From Oscillospiraceae bacterium (lineage in GTDB: Bacteria > Bacillota > Clostridia > Oscillospirales > CAG-272), in NCBI GenBank assembly GCA_015064185.1, contig SVSS01000004.1, positions 7,347 to 71,346 of the forward strand: a stretch of DNA of 64,000 nucleotides, read 5' to 3'. Under the pieces are notes generated by a model. That model was not told the DNA's origin and made no database searches. It worked only from the letters and a program-made list of their open reading frames with translations. Below are positions 47,540-55,973 of this stretch, one piece after another. The position numbers and the translations under genes were made by a program. How positions within the stretch are numbered: position 1 is the first letter of the stretch; each line of letters begins with the position of its first letter.

Positions 47540-50500
47540 TTACCTAATTTCCGGCAACAAGATCTCATCGCCAAAAATATCGATAGTGTAATCCAAACCG
47601 TCAATCACCGGCAGTTCGGGCAGTTCAGGCTGCTCGGGTTCGGGTTCGGGTTCCGGTTCCGGTTCGGGTTCGGGCTGCTCGGGCAGGGTGGTATCGGAGA
47701 AGAAATTGCCGCGCCACAGGAGATATCCTTGGCCGTTGTATATATCATTTGTTTTCGTTTTGGTAGAGTAATCATATCCATACGGCGTGCTCGCAGTCGC
47801 CCCAATAAAATAACCCGTTCCATAAGAAAGAGCATTCGTGCTACCCGGGTTTGTAAGACCGTTCAAAAATGCAGTTGCCTCGCTTAAGACCTCTTCAGGA
47901 GTACTTGCCGCGCCAAGACCTGCAACGCCGTTTGCGCTAAAAGTAATAGTGGGATTATACGTTCCGCTGCTTAGCCTGTAGCCTGATATGATGTAGCGCC
48001 AACGCGTGTTTTCAATCATCGCCCGGTTTTCTTGCTTATATCTCTTAGCATCACTGGTGACTGCGATTTGACCTTGCACGTAGGAAGCTTTATTTTGCCA
48101 CAAAATAATTTGGGGATTGATAAGCTCATAAAGCTCTCCCTCGCCACCAGATCCGTGATGCCCATTTGTCATGATATCGGATTCAAGATAGTTGCCGTAG
48201 GCGGCGCGCATCATTCTTGCTGTGCGTGCGTAAATATCGCCCAGCGACATCAAGCTTACCTTAGAGGATGCAACTGCGTTGGCACTAACAGTACCACCCA
48301 CTTGCACATTGTGAGCGTGCGTGGTTAAGCGTATTACCGTGCAGGCATTATTAAAGGCCTTTGTTGACCAGGGATGCATATCCTCGGGCGTGAACATAAC
48401 CTCAAATTCAAGATTGCCCACAAAGAAGTTTTGACCGGTATGCACATTATAGAAGGGCACGTAAGCGCTTGAACCTGCGGAGGTTCCCGTGTACCAGCCA
48501 GTGTTGCTGACAATTCTGTTCAGCAGCGTTTGGTTAACAGAGGGTGCGTTGTATATCTCATCGTTTGAGGGGAAATTTGCAATAATGGCGTCAAGTACAA
48601 CGGTAGAACCAAAATAGGAAGAAAATCCTTCTAGCAATCCAGCGTGGTCGCCGTGGGTGTGTGTAAGATACCATGCCGCAATACGGATGGGACTGCTGGA
48701 TGTAGGATTGCTGCCATATACTTCCTTATAAAGCGCTTTTAGTACATTGTAGAATTCCGAAACATTTGCGTTACTTGCACCGTCTATGACAACAAAGGAG
48801 CCATCCTCCAGCGTGTAGACGTAGCAGCCCTTTCCGTCGTACGGACGCTGTACCACAGTAAGCTTAGAATCTGTAACCTTTGTATATGGTTGCTTGGTAA
48901 GGAATTTTTCGGGGAGAATATGATTTACATAAGAAACACTGTCGGTTATCGTAGAGGAGATTACGCGCAGTGTGGGTGTAAACATATCAGCCAGCGTCGT
49001 TCCCTCTCCAAGCGGCTGGGTGGAAGCATGCTTATACGCGTTATACATGATGTGAAGCATAATACCCTTGCCATTGTTGGCAGTGCGGTTCACAAGCGTT
49101 ATAAAATAGTTGCCCTCAACCGCGCGCTCTTGCATATATACGGTATATCCGCTTTCCTTCAGTTTATTTACATAGCGCGTGTAATCTTCAACTGTTGCGT
49201 CAAGATAGTAAAGCTCAAGCTCACCGTTAGATACGTTTACAGCACCCGAGAGTGCAAGCTCATCGGGTCTGGGATAATTGGTAATAAGCTGCTTTACATC
49301 ACTTGCCACATTGCCCGTTCCTGTAGCGCCTGAAACGCTATCAAAGGCACCTGTAAAGCCGTTATTTTTGCCGTTTTCAAACTCGAAATCAGCGGGGATG
49401 GCATAAACATCTGCCGTGCCGTCACCGTTTACATCCAGAGCAAAATCATTCAGACTTTCAAGGAACAAATTCTTTGCCAGGCGCAGCGTAGCATCATCAT
49501 AAGAGGTAATAACAACATTACCGTCCTTTATGAAGTAGCCGTAATATCCTACGTCCTTACCACTCGCCAGCAAAAGCTCGCGTGCAAGATCGGTAAGACC
49601 AATATGAATCGCACTGCCGCTCACAACAAAGCTATCCGGCACATAAATGCAGTTATAGCCGGAGGTCGCTAACTGATCACCGATCTGCTTTGCCACAAAC
49701 AAGGGGGCATCCACAAGGGTATATTCATTTGCCTCGAGATTGTACAAATGCTTACCCGAATATATGAATTTGATCGATGAAAAGGCATCTTCATGCTTAA
49801 GCGATCCGTCATCAAACTGAGGCAACAGGTTATAGGCATTGGCATCACGCGTGTGAGAATATACAAAGGGAGTTTCCCAGTTAAGCGTAACCATTTGCAC
49901 GTTGGAGGCAACGATCTCGGTGAGATTAAACGCGGCACCGTTTGCTGCCTTGCAAATCCCCTCAAATACAGAAAGTGCCTGCATGGTAAGCACATCGTTA
50001 CTGCCGGCGATTACAATCTGCTCGCCGATTACACCGATATAGTAGCCGTAGCCCTCTACCTCGGCAAGCGCTTGCTTGGCAACAGTGCCCTTACTGCCCA
50101 CCACAATGGGCATGCCGGAGGTGCCGTAGCCAAGGCTTGCAAGCGTTTGTGTAAGTAGAGTTGCCTTGCTTTGCAGATTGGTGCCCACTGCACCGCTAAA
50201 GGAAACATTGGTAGCAGGCTTAAGACCTGTCGCAGTGGTCAGTGTGTTGGTGTAACTGCTGTATTGACGCAATAACTCCTGCTCTGCTCCGCTGTATTTG
50301 CTGTATGCGCCGATATGATACTTTGATTCAAATATATACTCCTCGTTTCGTACAAGCGAAGAATCGGTATAGGACGTTTTGGAAACCTCTGCCATGGTGC
50401 GCGCATTTTCTGTTACCTTATAGGTGCTGTAATAATACGTGCCGTCTACACACACGTAAGCTACTGCTGCATACGCACGCTCGCAGTTGTTCAGGTATAT

Positions 50501-51565
50501 CAAACCTCCGTTAAAATCAATGCTGCCATCCTGTTGATGCACGATGCTGTTATGCGCGGGAATATCGACATAATACGGCGAAACACCTGCCGTTTCACCC
50601 CATGTCTTAAGCTTAGCGTGTGTAAAGCTACCTGCAGCCGCAACATAATCGGCAGGCGCAATCAGCGTGCCATAGGTATAACTCTTTTGTGCCAATGCGG
50701 TTACAACCGAGCTTGGAATGGTAGAGAAAAACAGAAGGCCGGGCTGATCATCCACAAGGGCAACCGAGGCGCCCTCGGTCATAAGGGGAGCATACGCAGT
50801 GTTGCCATTTCCCCCATAGACTTTATAGCAATAATAATTGCTGCCATTATATTGAACGACAACAGTGTTGTTGGCAAACGGAATATCCTCACCGACAGCA
50901 TTGTTAACATCCACGATATAGTTTTTAACATTGCGAGAAAGAAAAACTGCATTGCCAATCACTACCTTGGAATTACTTGCAGAAGCATCAATCAGCTGAG
51001 AGGTGGTTGCGCGATGATCGATAAACACACCGCCCGAAAGCTTAATATCTACGTCATTAAGGTAAAGAACCTTGGTGGGATCGGCATAATTCTCTTCATT
51101 TATCTCATCAGTCACACCAACACGCGTGCGTAAAATCGCGCCGCCGTTGTCGCCGCTAGTCACTGCCTCCATGATATACGCACCGCCCGTGATCGTAAAG
51201 CCATCACCATTAGCCTTACTCAGCGCAATATCAAACAAAACATTGCTCTTGGCAATAAAGGTGCCACCGCTAAAGGTTACCTTGCCCGCATTGATCAAAA
51301 AGCTGCCCGATGTCAGTGTAACGGTAACATCTGAAGAACTGCCGCGCACCGTGTAGGTTGCGCTTTTACTAAACATGATATCGCCCGAAACCGACATACT
51401 TGCGGTTACCACAATTTCATCACCGTTTTTAACGGCAGACAATGCGCTTTCAAGCTCTGCCTGAGTATCCACATTATGGACCGTAGCAGATGCTGCAATG
51501 GCGGTTACTGCAAGCAATAAAACCACCAAAAACGCAAACAAGATAAAGCGTGTTTGTTTTTTCAT
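47540..51565 (-). CDS. Giant Sec-exported protein with ComEC-type MBL domain and DIFGDEILLPE tail (family paralog D, 1341 aa)
   Basis: Signal peptide MKKQTRFILFAFLVVLLLAVTAIAASAT. THTHGDH at 48644-48661. (EP)n linker, with the tail ending TIDIFGDEILLPEIR. Start at the second ATG (51565), which has better spacing from AAGGAGA. Confidence 0.88.
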   Translation of the reverse strand: MKKQTRFILFAFLVVLLLAVTAIAASATVHNVDTQAELESALSAVKNGDEIVVTASMSVSGDIMFSKSATYTVRGSSSDVTVTLTSGSFLINAGKVTFSGGTFIAKSNVLFDIALSKANGDGFTITGGAYIMEAVTSGDNGGAILRTRVGVTDEINEENYADPTKVLYLNDVDIKLSGGVFIDHRATTSQLIDASASNSKVVIGNAVFLSRNVKNYIVDVNNAVGEDIPFANNTVVVQYNGSNYYCYKVYGGNGNTAYAPLMTEGASVALVDDQPGLLFFSTIPSSVVTALAQKSYTYGTLIAPADYVAAAGSFTHAKLKTWGETAGVSPYYVDIPAHNSIVHQQDGSIDFNGGLIYLNNCERAYAAVAYVCVDGTYYYSTYKVTENARTMAEVSKTSYTDSSLVRNEEYIFESKYHIGAYSKYSGAEQELLRQYSSYTNTLTTATGLKPATNVSFSGAVGTNLQSKATLLTQTLASLGYGTSGMPIVVGSKGTVAKQALAEVEGYGYYIGVIGEQIVIAGSNDVLTMQALSVFEGICKAANGAAFNLTEIVASNVQMVTLNWETPFVYSHTRDANAYNLLPQFDDGSLKHEDAFSSIKFIYSGKHLYNLEANEYTLVDAPLFVAKQIGDQLATSGYNCIYVPDSFVVSGSAIHIGLTDLARELLLASGKDVGYYGYFIKDGNVVITSYDDATLRLAKNLFLESLNDFALDVNGDGTADVYAIPADFEFENGKNNGFTGAFDSVSGATGTGNVASDVKQLITNYPRPDELALSGAVNVSNGELELYYLDATVEDYTRYVNKLKESGYTVYMQERAVEGNYFITLVNRTANNGKGIMLHIMYNAYKHASTQPLGEGTTLADMFTPTLRVISSTITDSVSYVNHILPEKFLTKQPYTKVTDSKLTVVQRPYDGKGCYVYTLEDGSFVVIDGASNANVSEFYNVLKALYKEVYGSNPTSSSPIRIAAWYLTHTHGDHAGLLEGFSSYFGSTVVLDAIIANFPSNDEIYNAPSVNQTLLNRIVSNTGWYTGTSAGSSAYVPFYNVHTGQNFFVGNLEFEVMFTPEDMHPWSTKAFNNACTVIRLTTHAHNVQVGGTVSANAVASSKVSLMSLGDIYARTARMMRAAYGNYLESDIMTNGHHGSGGEGELYELINPQIILWQNKASYVQGQIAVTSDAKRYKQENRAMIENTRWRYIISGYRLSSGTYNPTITFSANGVAGLGAASTPEEVLSEATAFLNGLTNPGSTNALSYGTGYFIGATASTPYGYDYSTKTKTNDIYNGQGYLLWRGNFFSDTTLPEQPEPEPEPEPEPEPEQPELPELPVIDGLDYTIDIFGDEILLPEIR
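47612..47683 (-). repeat. In-frame tandem 9-nt and 6-nt repeats encoding a Pro/Glu linker
   Basis: 9-mers CAGTTCGGG/CAGTTCAGG/CTGCTCGGG, then six TTC(G/C)GG hexamers (47639-47674). Encodes PEQPEPEPEPEPEPEQPELPELP. Confidence 0.85.
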
Positions 51566-51614
51566 GTTCATTCTCCTTTGCTACAGGATTAAAATACAGA
51601 TATCCATGTTATTT

Positions 51615-51643
51615 TATTATAACAGTTTTTACAATTCCTGTCA
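51615..51643 (-). promoter_or_regulatory. Consensus sigma-A promoter of giant gene D
   Basis: On the minus strand: TTGACA (51638-51643), 17-nt spacer, TGTTATAAT (TATAAT at 51615-51620). Confidence 0.6.
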
Positions 51644-51696
51644 ATGATTCAAGTTTAATTTCACCGTTTTATATACAATATCCAACCTGTATATAT

Positions 51697-51724
51697 AAAA
51701 AAGCACCCTTGCGGGTACTTTTTT
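51697..51724. terminator. Intrinsic terminator after giant gene E (a diverged copy of the 47455 terminator)
   Basis: A6-GCACCC-TTGC-GGGTAC-T6, with one stem mismatch relative to the copy at 47455-47483. Confidence 0.65.
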
Positions 51725-51774
51725 ATATGGATTTTGTTTTGTTAAATTTCCGTCACCGGTTAAATTCTGCGAGA

Positions 51775-54700
51775 TCACTTCAATTCCGGCAACAGGATCT
51801 CATCGCCAAAAATATCGACAGTGTAATCTAATCCGTCAATCACCGGCAGTTCGGGCAGTTCGGGCTGCTCGGGCTGCTCGGGCTGCTCGGGCTCAGGTTT
51901 CTCTGCGTCTGGTTGCTCGGGCTCAAGTGTGGTATCAGAGAAGAAATTGCCGCGCCACAAAAGATATCCTTGGCCACTGTATGATACAGTTGCTGACTCA
52001 TTGGTAGAGAAATCATAACCAACATAATAGCCTGTTCCGTAGGAGATAGTGGAACTGCTGTTTACATTTTGAAGGCCTGCTACAAATGCATTTGCTTCTT
52101 TTAACACATCATCAGGTGTGCTTGCCTTACCAAGACCTGCAACGCCGTTTGCGCTAAAAGTAATAGTGGGATTATACGTTCCGCTGCTTAGCCTGTAGCC
52201 TGATATGATGTAGCGCCAACGCGTGTTTTCAATCATCGCCCGGTTTTCTTGCTTATATCTCTTAGCATCACTGGTGACTGCGATTTGACCTTGCACGGAG
52301 GAAGCTTTATTTTGCCACAGAATGATCTGCGGATTGATGAGCTGATAAAGCTCGCCATCACCGTTCGAACCGTGATGCGAATTCATCACGATATCAGATT
52401 CAAGGTAACTGCCGTAGGTGGCGCGCATAGACCTTGCGGTGCGCGGGTAAATATCACCGAGTGACATGGTGCTCACCTTGGAGGACGCAACAGCACCGAC
52501 AGATACAGTTCCACCCTTTGCTACGTTGTGTGCGTGCACGGTCAAGCGTATCACAGTAGAAGCATCGTTAAAGGTTGCGGTTGCCCAAGGATGGATATCC
52601 TCGGGAGTGAACATGACCTCAAATTCAAGATTTCCTATAAAGAAATTCTGACCCGTGTGTACGTTATAAAAGGGCACGTACTTTGCACCTTCCGAGGTAC
52701 CCTTGAACCAGCTTGAAGTGCCTATCTTGTTAAGTGTGGTCTGATCGATGGAGTGTGCATTGTAGATCTCATCGTTTGAGGGGAAATTGGAGATAATACC
52801 GTCAAGCACAACAGGGTAAGAGCTGCTGCTTAAATACGAGGAAAAACCGTTTAACAAGCCCACATGATCACTGTGTCCGTGTGTGAGATACCATGCAGCA
52901 ATACGAATGGGGTTGCTTGACGTGGGATCGCTGCCATATACTTCCTTATAAAGCGCCTTTAACACGTTATAGAATTCTGTAACATTTTTGTTTCTTGCGC
53001 CGTCTATGATAACAAAGGAGCCATCCTCCAGCGTGTAAACGTAGCAGCCCTTTCCATCGTATGGGCGCTGTACCACGGTAAGCTTAGAATCGGTAACCTT
53101 TTGGTAGGACTGCTTAGTAAGGAATTTTTGGGGCAGGATATGATGAACGTAAGAATTGCTGTCCGTTATCTTAGAGGAAATGACGCGCAGCGTGGGTGTA
53201 AACATGGCATCCAGCGTGGTACCCTCACTGAGCACCTGCTCAGAGGCATGCTTATACGTGTTATACATAACGTGAAGCATAATACCTGCACGATTGTTTA
53301 CAAGCGTCACAAAGTGGCTATCCTCAACAACGCGCTCTGCCATATATACGGTATACCAGCTTTGCTTCAGCTTATTGAAATAGCGAGTGTAATCGTCAAG
53401 CGTGGCATTAAGATAATAAAGCTCAAGCTCGCCGTTGGATACGTTTACCGCACCCGAGAGTGCAATCGTATCAGGGCGAGGATAATTTGTAACAAGCTGC
53501 TTTACTTCACTGGCAACATTGCCCGTTCCGGTAGCATTTGTAACGCTATCGAAGGCGCCTGTAAAGCCATTGTTTTCGCCTCTTTCAAACTGGTAACCCG
53601 CGGGAACGGCATAAACGTCTGCCGCACCGTCACCGTTTACATCCAGGGCATAATCGCCAAGATCTTCAAGGAATAATTTCTTTGCCAAGCGCAGGGTCGC
53701 ATCGTCATACGAGGTAACAACAACGTTACCGTCCTTTACGAAATAGCCGTAGTACCCTACGTCCTTCTCGCCCTCAAGCAAAAGCTCACGCGCGAGATCG
53801 GTAAGACCGACGTGAATGGCGCCGCCACTCATGGCATAGCTATCGGGCACGTAGATGCAGTTGTAGTAGGCGCCCATAATCGCAGTACCAATCTCCGTTG
53901 CCGCATAAAGTGGGTACTCAACCCACATCATTTCATTTTTCTCAGTATTGTACAGATGCTTGCCCGAATACCTAAACTCAATACCGGAATAAGCATCTGT
54001 CAGCTTAGTTCCCAAAACATACTGGGGCTGCAATCTATATGCACATAGATCACGCGTGTGAGAGTAAACAATGGGGGTTTCCGTATTGAGAACGGTCATC
54101 TGCACGTTAGAAGCAACGATCTCTGTGAGGTCAAACGCGGCGCCGTTTGCCGCTTTGCAGATCGCCTCAAATACGCTCAGTGCCTGCATGGTAAGCGCAT
54201 CGTTACTGCCTGCAATGACGATCTTTCCATCCATCATGCCGATGTAGTAGCCAAAGCCCTCTACCTCGGCAAGTGCTTGCTTGGCAGTTGCACCTGTAGT
54301 TCCCACCAAAAGGGGCGTGCCGGAGTTATCATAGCCGTAAGTTTCAAGCGCTTGTGTAAGAACGGTTGCCTTATCTTGCAGGTTGGTGCCGGCACCGTCA
54401 AAGGAAACGCTTGTAGCAGGCCTAATACCTGAAGCAGTGGTCAGCGTATTGGTATAACTGCTGTATTGGCGCAAAAGCTCCTGCTTCGCCCCGCTGTATT
54501 TACTGTACGCGCCAATATGATACTTGGATTCAAATATATACTCCTCGTTTCGTACAAGCGAAGAATCTGTATAAGACGTTTTGGAAATCTCTGCCATGGT
54601 ACGCGCATTTTCTGTTACCTTATAGGTGCTGTAATAATACGTACCGTCTACACACACGTAAGCTACTGCGGCATACGCACGCTCGCAACTGTTGAGGTGG

Positions 54701-55794
54701 ATCAAGCCTCCGTTAAAATCGATGCTGCCATCCTGTTGAGGCACTATACTGTTTTGCGCGGGAATATCCATATAATACGGCGAAACGCCTGCCGCCTCAC
54801 CCCAAGTCTTAAGCTTAGAGTGTGTAAAGCTACCTGCAGCCGCAACATAGTCGGCAGGCGCAATCAGCGTACCGAAGGTATAGCTCTTTTGCGCCAATGC
54901 AGTTACGACCGAGCTCGGAATGGTAGAGAAAAACAGAAGACCGGGTCTATCATCCACAAGCGCGACTGACGCGCCCTCAACCATAACAGGAGAATAGGTA
55001 GTATTGCCATTCCCTTGATAGGGCTTGTAGCAATAATAATTAGAGCCGTTATATTGAACGACCACGGTATTTTTTGCAAACGGGATATCTTCACCTGACT
55101 TGCTGTTTTCATTGTTGATATCCACTATATAATTCTTGACATAGCGGGAAAGAAAAACTGCATTACCAATCACCACCTTGGAGTTGCTGACGGTAGCATC
55201 AATCATCTGGGAGGAGGTTGCGCGCCGGTCGATAAACACGCCCCCCGAAAGCACAATATCCACGTCGTTAAGGTAGATTATTTTGGTAGGGTCGGCATAC
55301 CAATTCTCGGCAGGCTCATTCCATTTCTGATCGATCTCAGAGGTGTCAGCACCTACACGCGTGCGCAGAATCGCGCCGCCCTTTCTACCGTTATCCTCAA
55401 GCGTATACGTGCCGCCGGTAATCGCAAATCCATCTCCCTTGTCCTTGCTTAATGCAATATCAAACAAAACATCGCCCTTAGCGATAAAGGTGCCACCGCT
55501 AAAGGTTACCTTGCCCGCATTGATCAAAAAGCTGCCCGATGTCAGTGTAACGGTAACATCTGAAGAACTGCCGCGCACCGTGTAGGTTGCGCTTTTACTA
55601 AACATGATATCGCCCGAAACCGACATACTTGCGGTTACCACAATTTCATCACCGTTTTTAACGGCAGACAATGCGCTTTCAAGTTCTGCCTTCGTATCTA
55701 CCTGATACGTTGTGGCAGATGCCGCAATGGCGGTTACTGCAAGCAATAAAACCACCAAAAACGCAAACAAGATAAAGCGTGTTTGTTTTTTCAT
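51775..55794 (-). CDS. Giant Sec-exported protein with ComEC-type MBL domain and DIFGDEILLPE tail (family paralog E, 1339 aa)
   Basis: Same signal peptide as paralog D. THGHSDH at 52864-52881. (PEQ)n linker, with the tail ending TVDIFGDEILLPELK. Confidence 0.88.
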   Translation of the reverse strand: MKKQTRFILFAFLVVLLLAVTAIAASATTYQVDTKAELESALSAVKNGDEIVVTASMSVSGDIMFSKSATYTVRGSSSDVTVTLTSGSFLINAGKVTFSGGTFIAKGDVLFDIALSKDKGDGFAITGGTYTLEDNGRKGGAILRTRVGADTSEIDQKWNEPAENWYADPTKIIYLNDVDIVLSGGVFIDRRATSSQMIDATVSNSKVVIGNAVFLSRYVKNYIVDINNENSKSGEDIPFAKNTVVVQYNGSNYYCYKPYQGNGNTTYSPVMVEGASVALVDDRPGLLFFSTIPSSVVTALAQKSYTFGTLIAPADYVAAAGSFTHSKLKTWGEAAGVSPYYMDIPAQNSIVPQQDGSIDFNGGLIHLNSCERAYAAVAYVCVDGTYYYSTYKVTENARTMAEISKTSYTDSSLVRNEEYIFESKYHIGAYSKYSGAKQELLRQYSSYTNTLTTASGIRPATSVSFDGAGTNLQDKATVLTQALETYGYDNSGTPLLVGTTGATAKQALAEVEGFGYYIGMMDGKIVIAGSNDALTMQALSVFEAICKAANGAAFDLTEIVASNVQMTVLNTETPIVYSHTRDLCAYRLQPQYVLGTKLTDAYSGIEFRYSGKHLYNTEKNEMMWVEYPLYAATEIGTAIMGAYYNCIYVPDSYAMSGGAIHVGLTDLARELLLEGEKDVGYYGYFVKDGNVVVTSYDDATLRLAKKLFLEDLGDYALDVNGDGAADVYAVPAGYQFERGENNGFTGAFDSVTNATGTGNVASEVKQLVTNYPRPDTIALSGAVNVSNGELELYYLNATLDDYTRYFNKLKQSWYTVYMAERVVEDSHFVTLVNNRAGIMLHVMYNTYKHASEQVLSEGTTLDAMFTPTLRVISSKITDSNSYVHHILPQKFLTKQSYQKVTDSKLTVVQRPYDGKGCYVYTLEDGSFVIIDGARNKNVTEFYNVLKALYKEVYGSDPTSSNPIRIAAWYLTHGHSDHVGLLNGFSSYLSSSSYPVVLDGIISNFPSNDEIYNAHSIDQTTLNKIGTSSWFKGTSEGAKYVPFYNVHTGQNFFIGNLEFEVMFTPEDIHPWATATFNDASTVIRLTVHAHNVAKGGTVSVGAVASSKVSTMSLGDIYPRTARSMRATYGSYLESDIVMNSHHGSNGDGELYQLINPQIILWQNKASSVQGQIAVTSDAKRYKQENRAMIENTRWRYIISGYRLSSGTYNPTITFSANGVAGLGKASTPDDVLKEANAFVAGLQNVNSSSTISYGTGYYVGYDFSTNESATVSYSGQGYLLWRGNFFSDTTLEPEQPDAEKPEPEQPEQPEQPELPELPVIDGLDYTVDIFGDEILLPELK
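51847..51891 (-). repeat. In-frame tandem 9-nt repeats encoding the (PEL)2(PEQ)3 linker
   Basis: CAGTTCGGG x2 followed by CTGCTCGGG x3 on the + strand. Confidence 0.85.
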
Positions 55795-55845
55795 ATTCAT
55801 TCTCCTTTAGGCAGGATTTAGAAATACAGATAATCTGTCAATTAT

Positions 55846-55874
55846 ATTATAATATTTTTCACATATTCTGTCAA
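55846..55874 (-). promoter_or_regulatory. Consensus sigma-A promoter of giant gene E
   Basis: On the minus strand: TTGACA (55869-55874), 17-nt spacer, TATAAT (55846-55851). Confidence 0.6.
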
Positions 55875-55916
55875 TCATTCACAATAGATTTCTCTATTTT
55901 TACCAAACAACAAACA

Positions 55917-55947
55917 TAAAAAAGACGGGGTTGACCCCGTCTTTTTT
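55917..55947. terminator. Bidirectional intrinsic terminator after the PFK gene
   Basis: A7-GACGGGG-TTGA-CCCCGTC-T6. Confidence 0.8.
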
Positions 55948-55973
55948 GGCTTATGCTGATAAAATGTTTTAGA

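Noticed and set aside
47612-47683. Short tandem repeats considered as a CRISPR-like or regulatory repeat
   Set aside because: The units are 6-9 nt, contiguous, without spacers, and lie in frame inside a coding region, encoding a Pro/Glu linker.
40355-55800. Giant-gene cluster as a mobile element, prophage or polymorphic-toxin locus
   Set aside because: There are no integrase, transposase, phage structural, immunity or toxin-like genes, and no flanking direct repeats apart from the paralogous gene flanks. The composition is not visibly different from the housekeeping regions.
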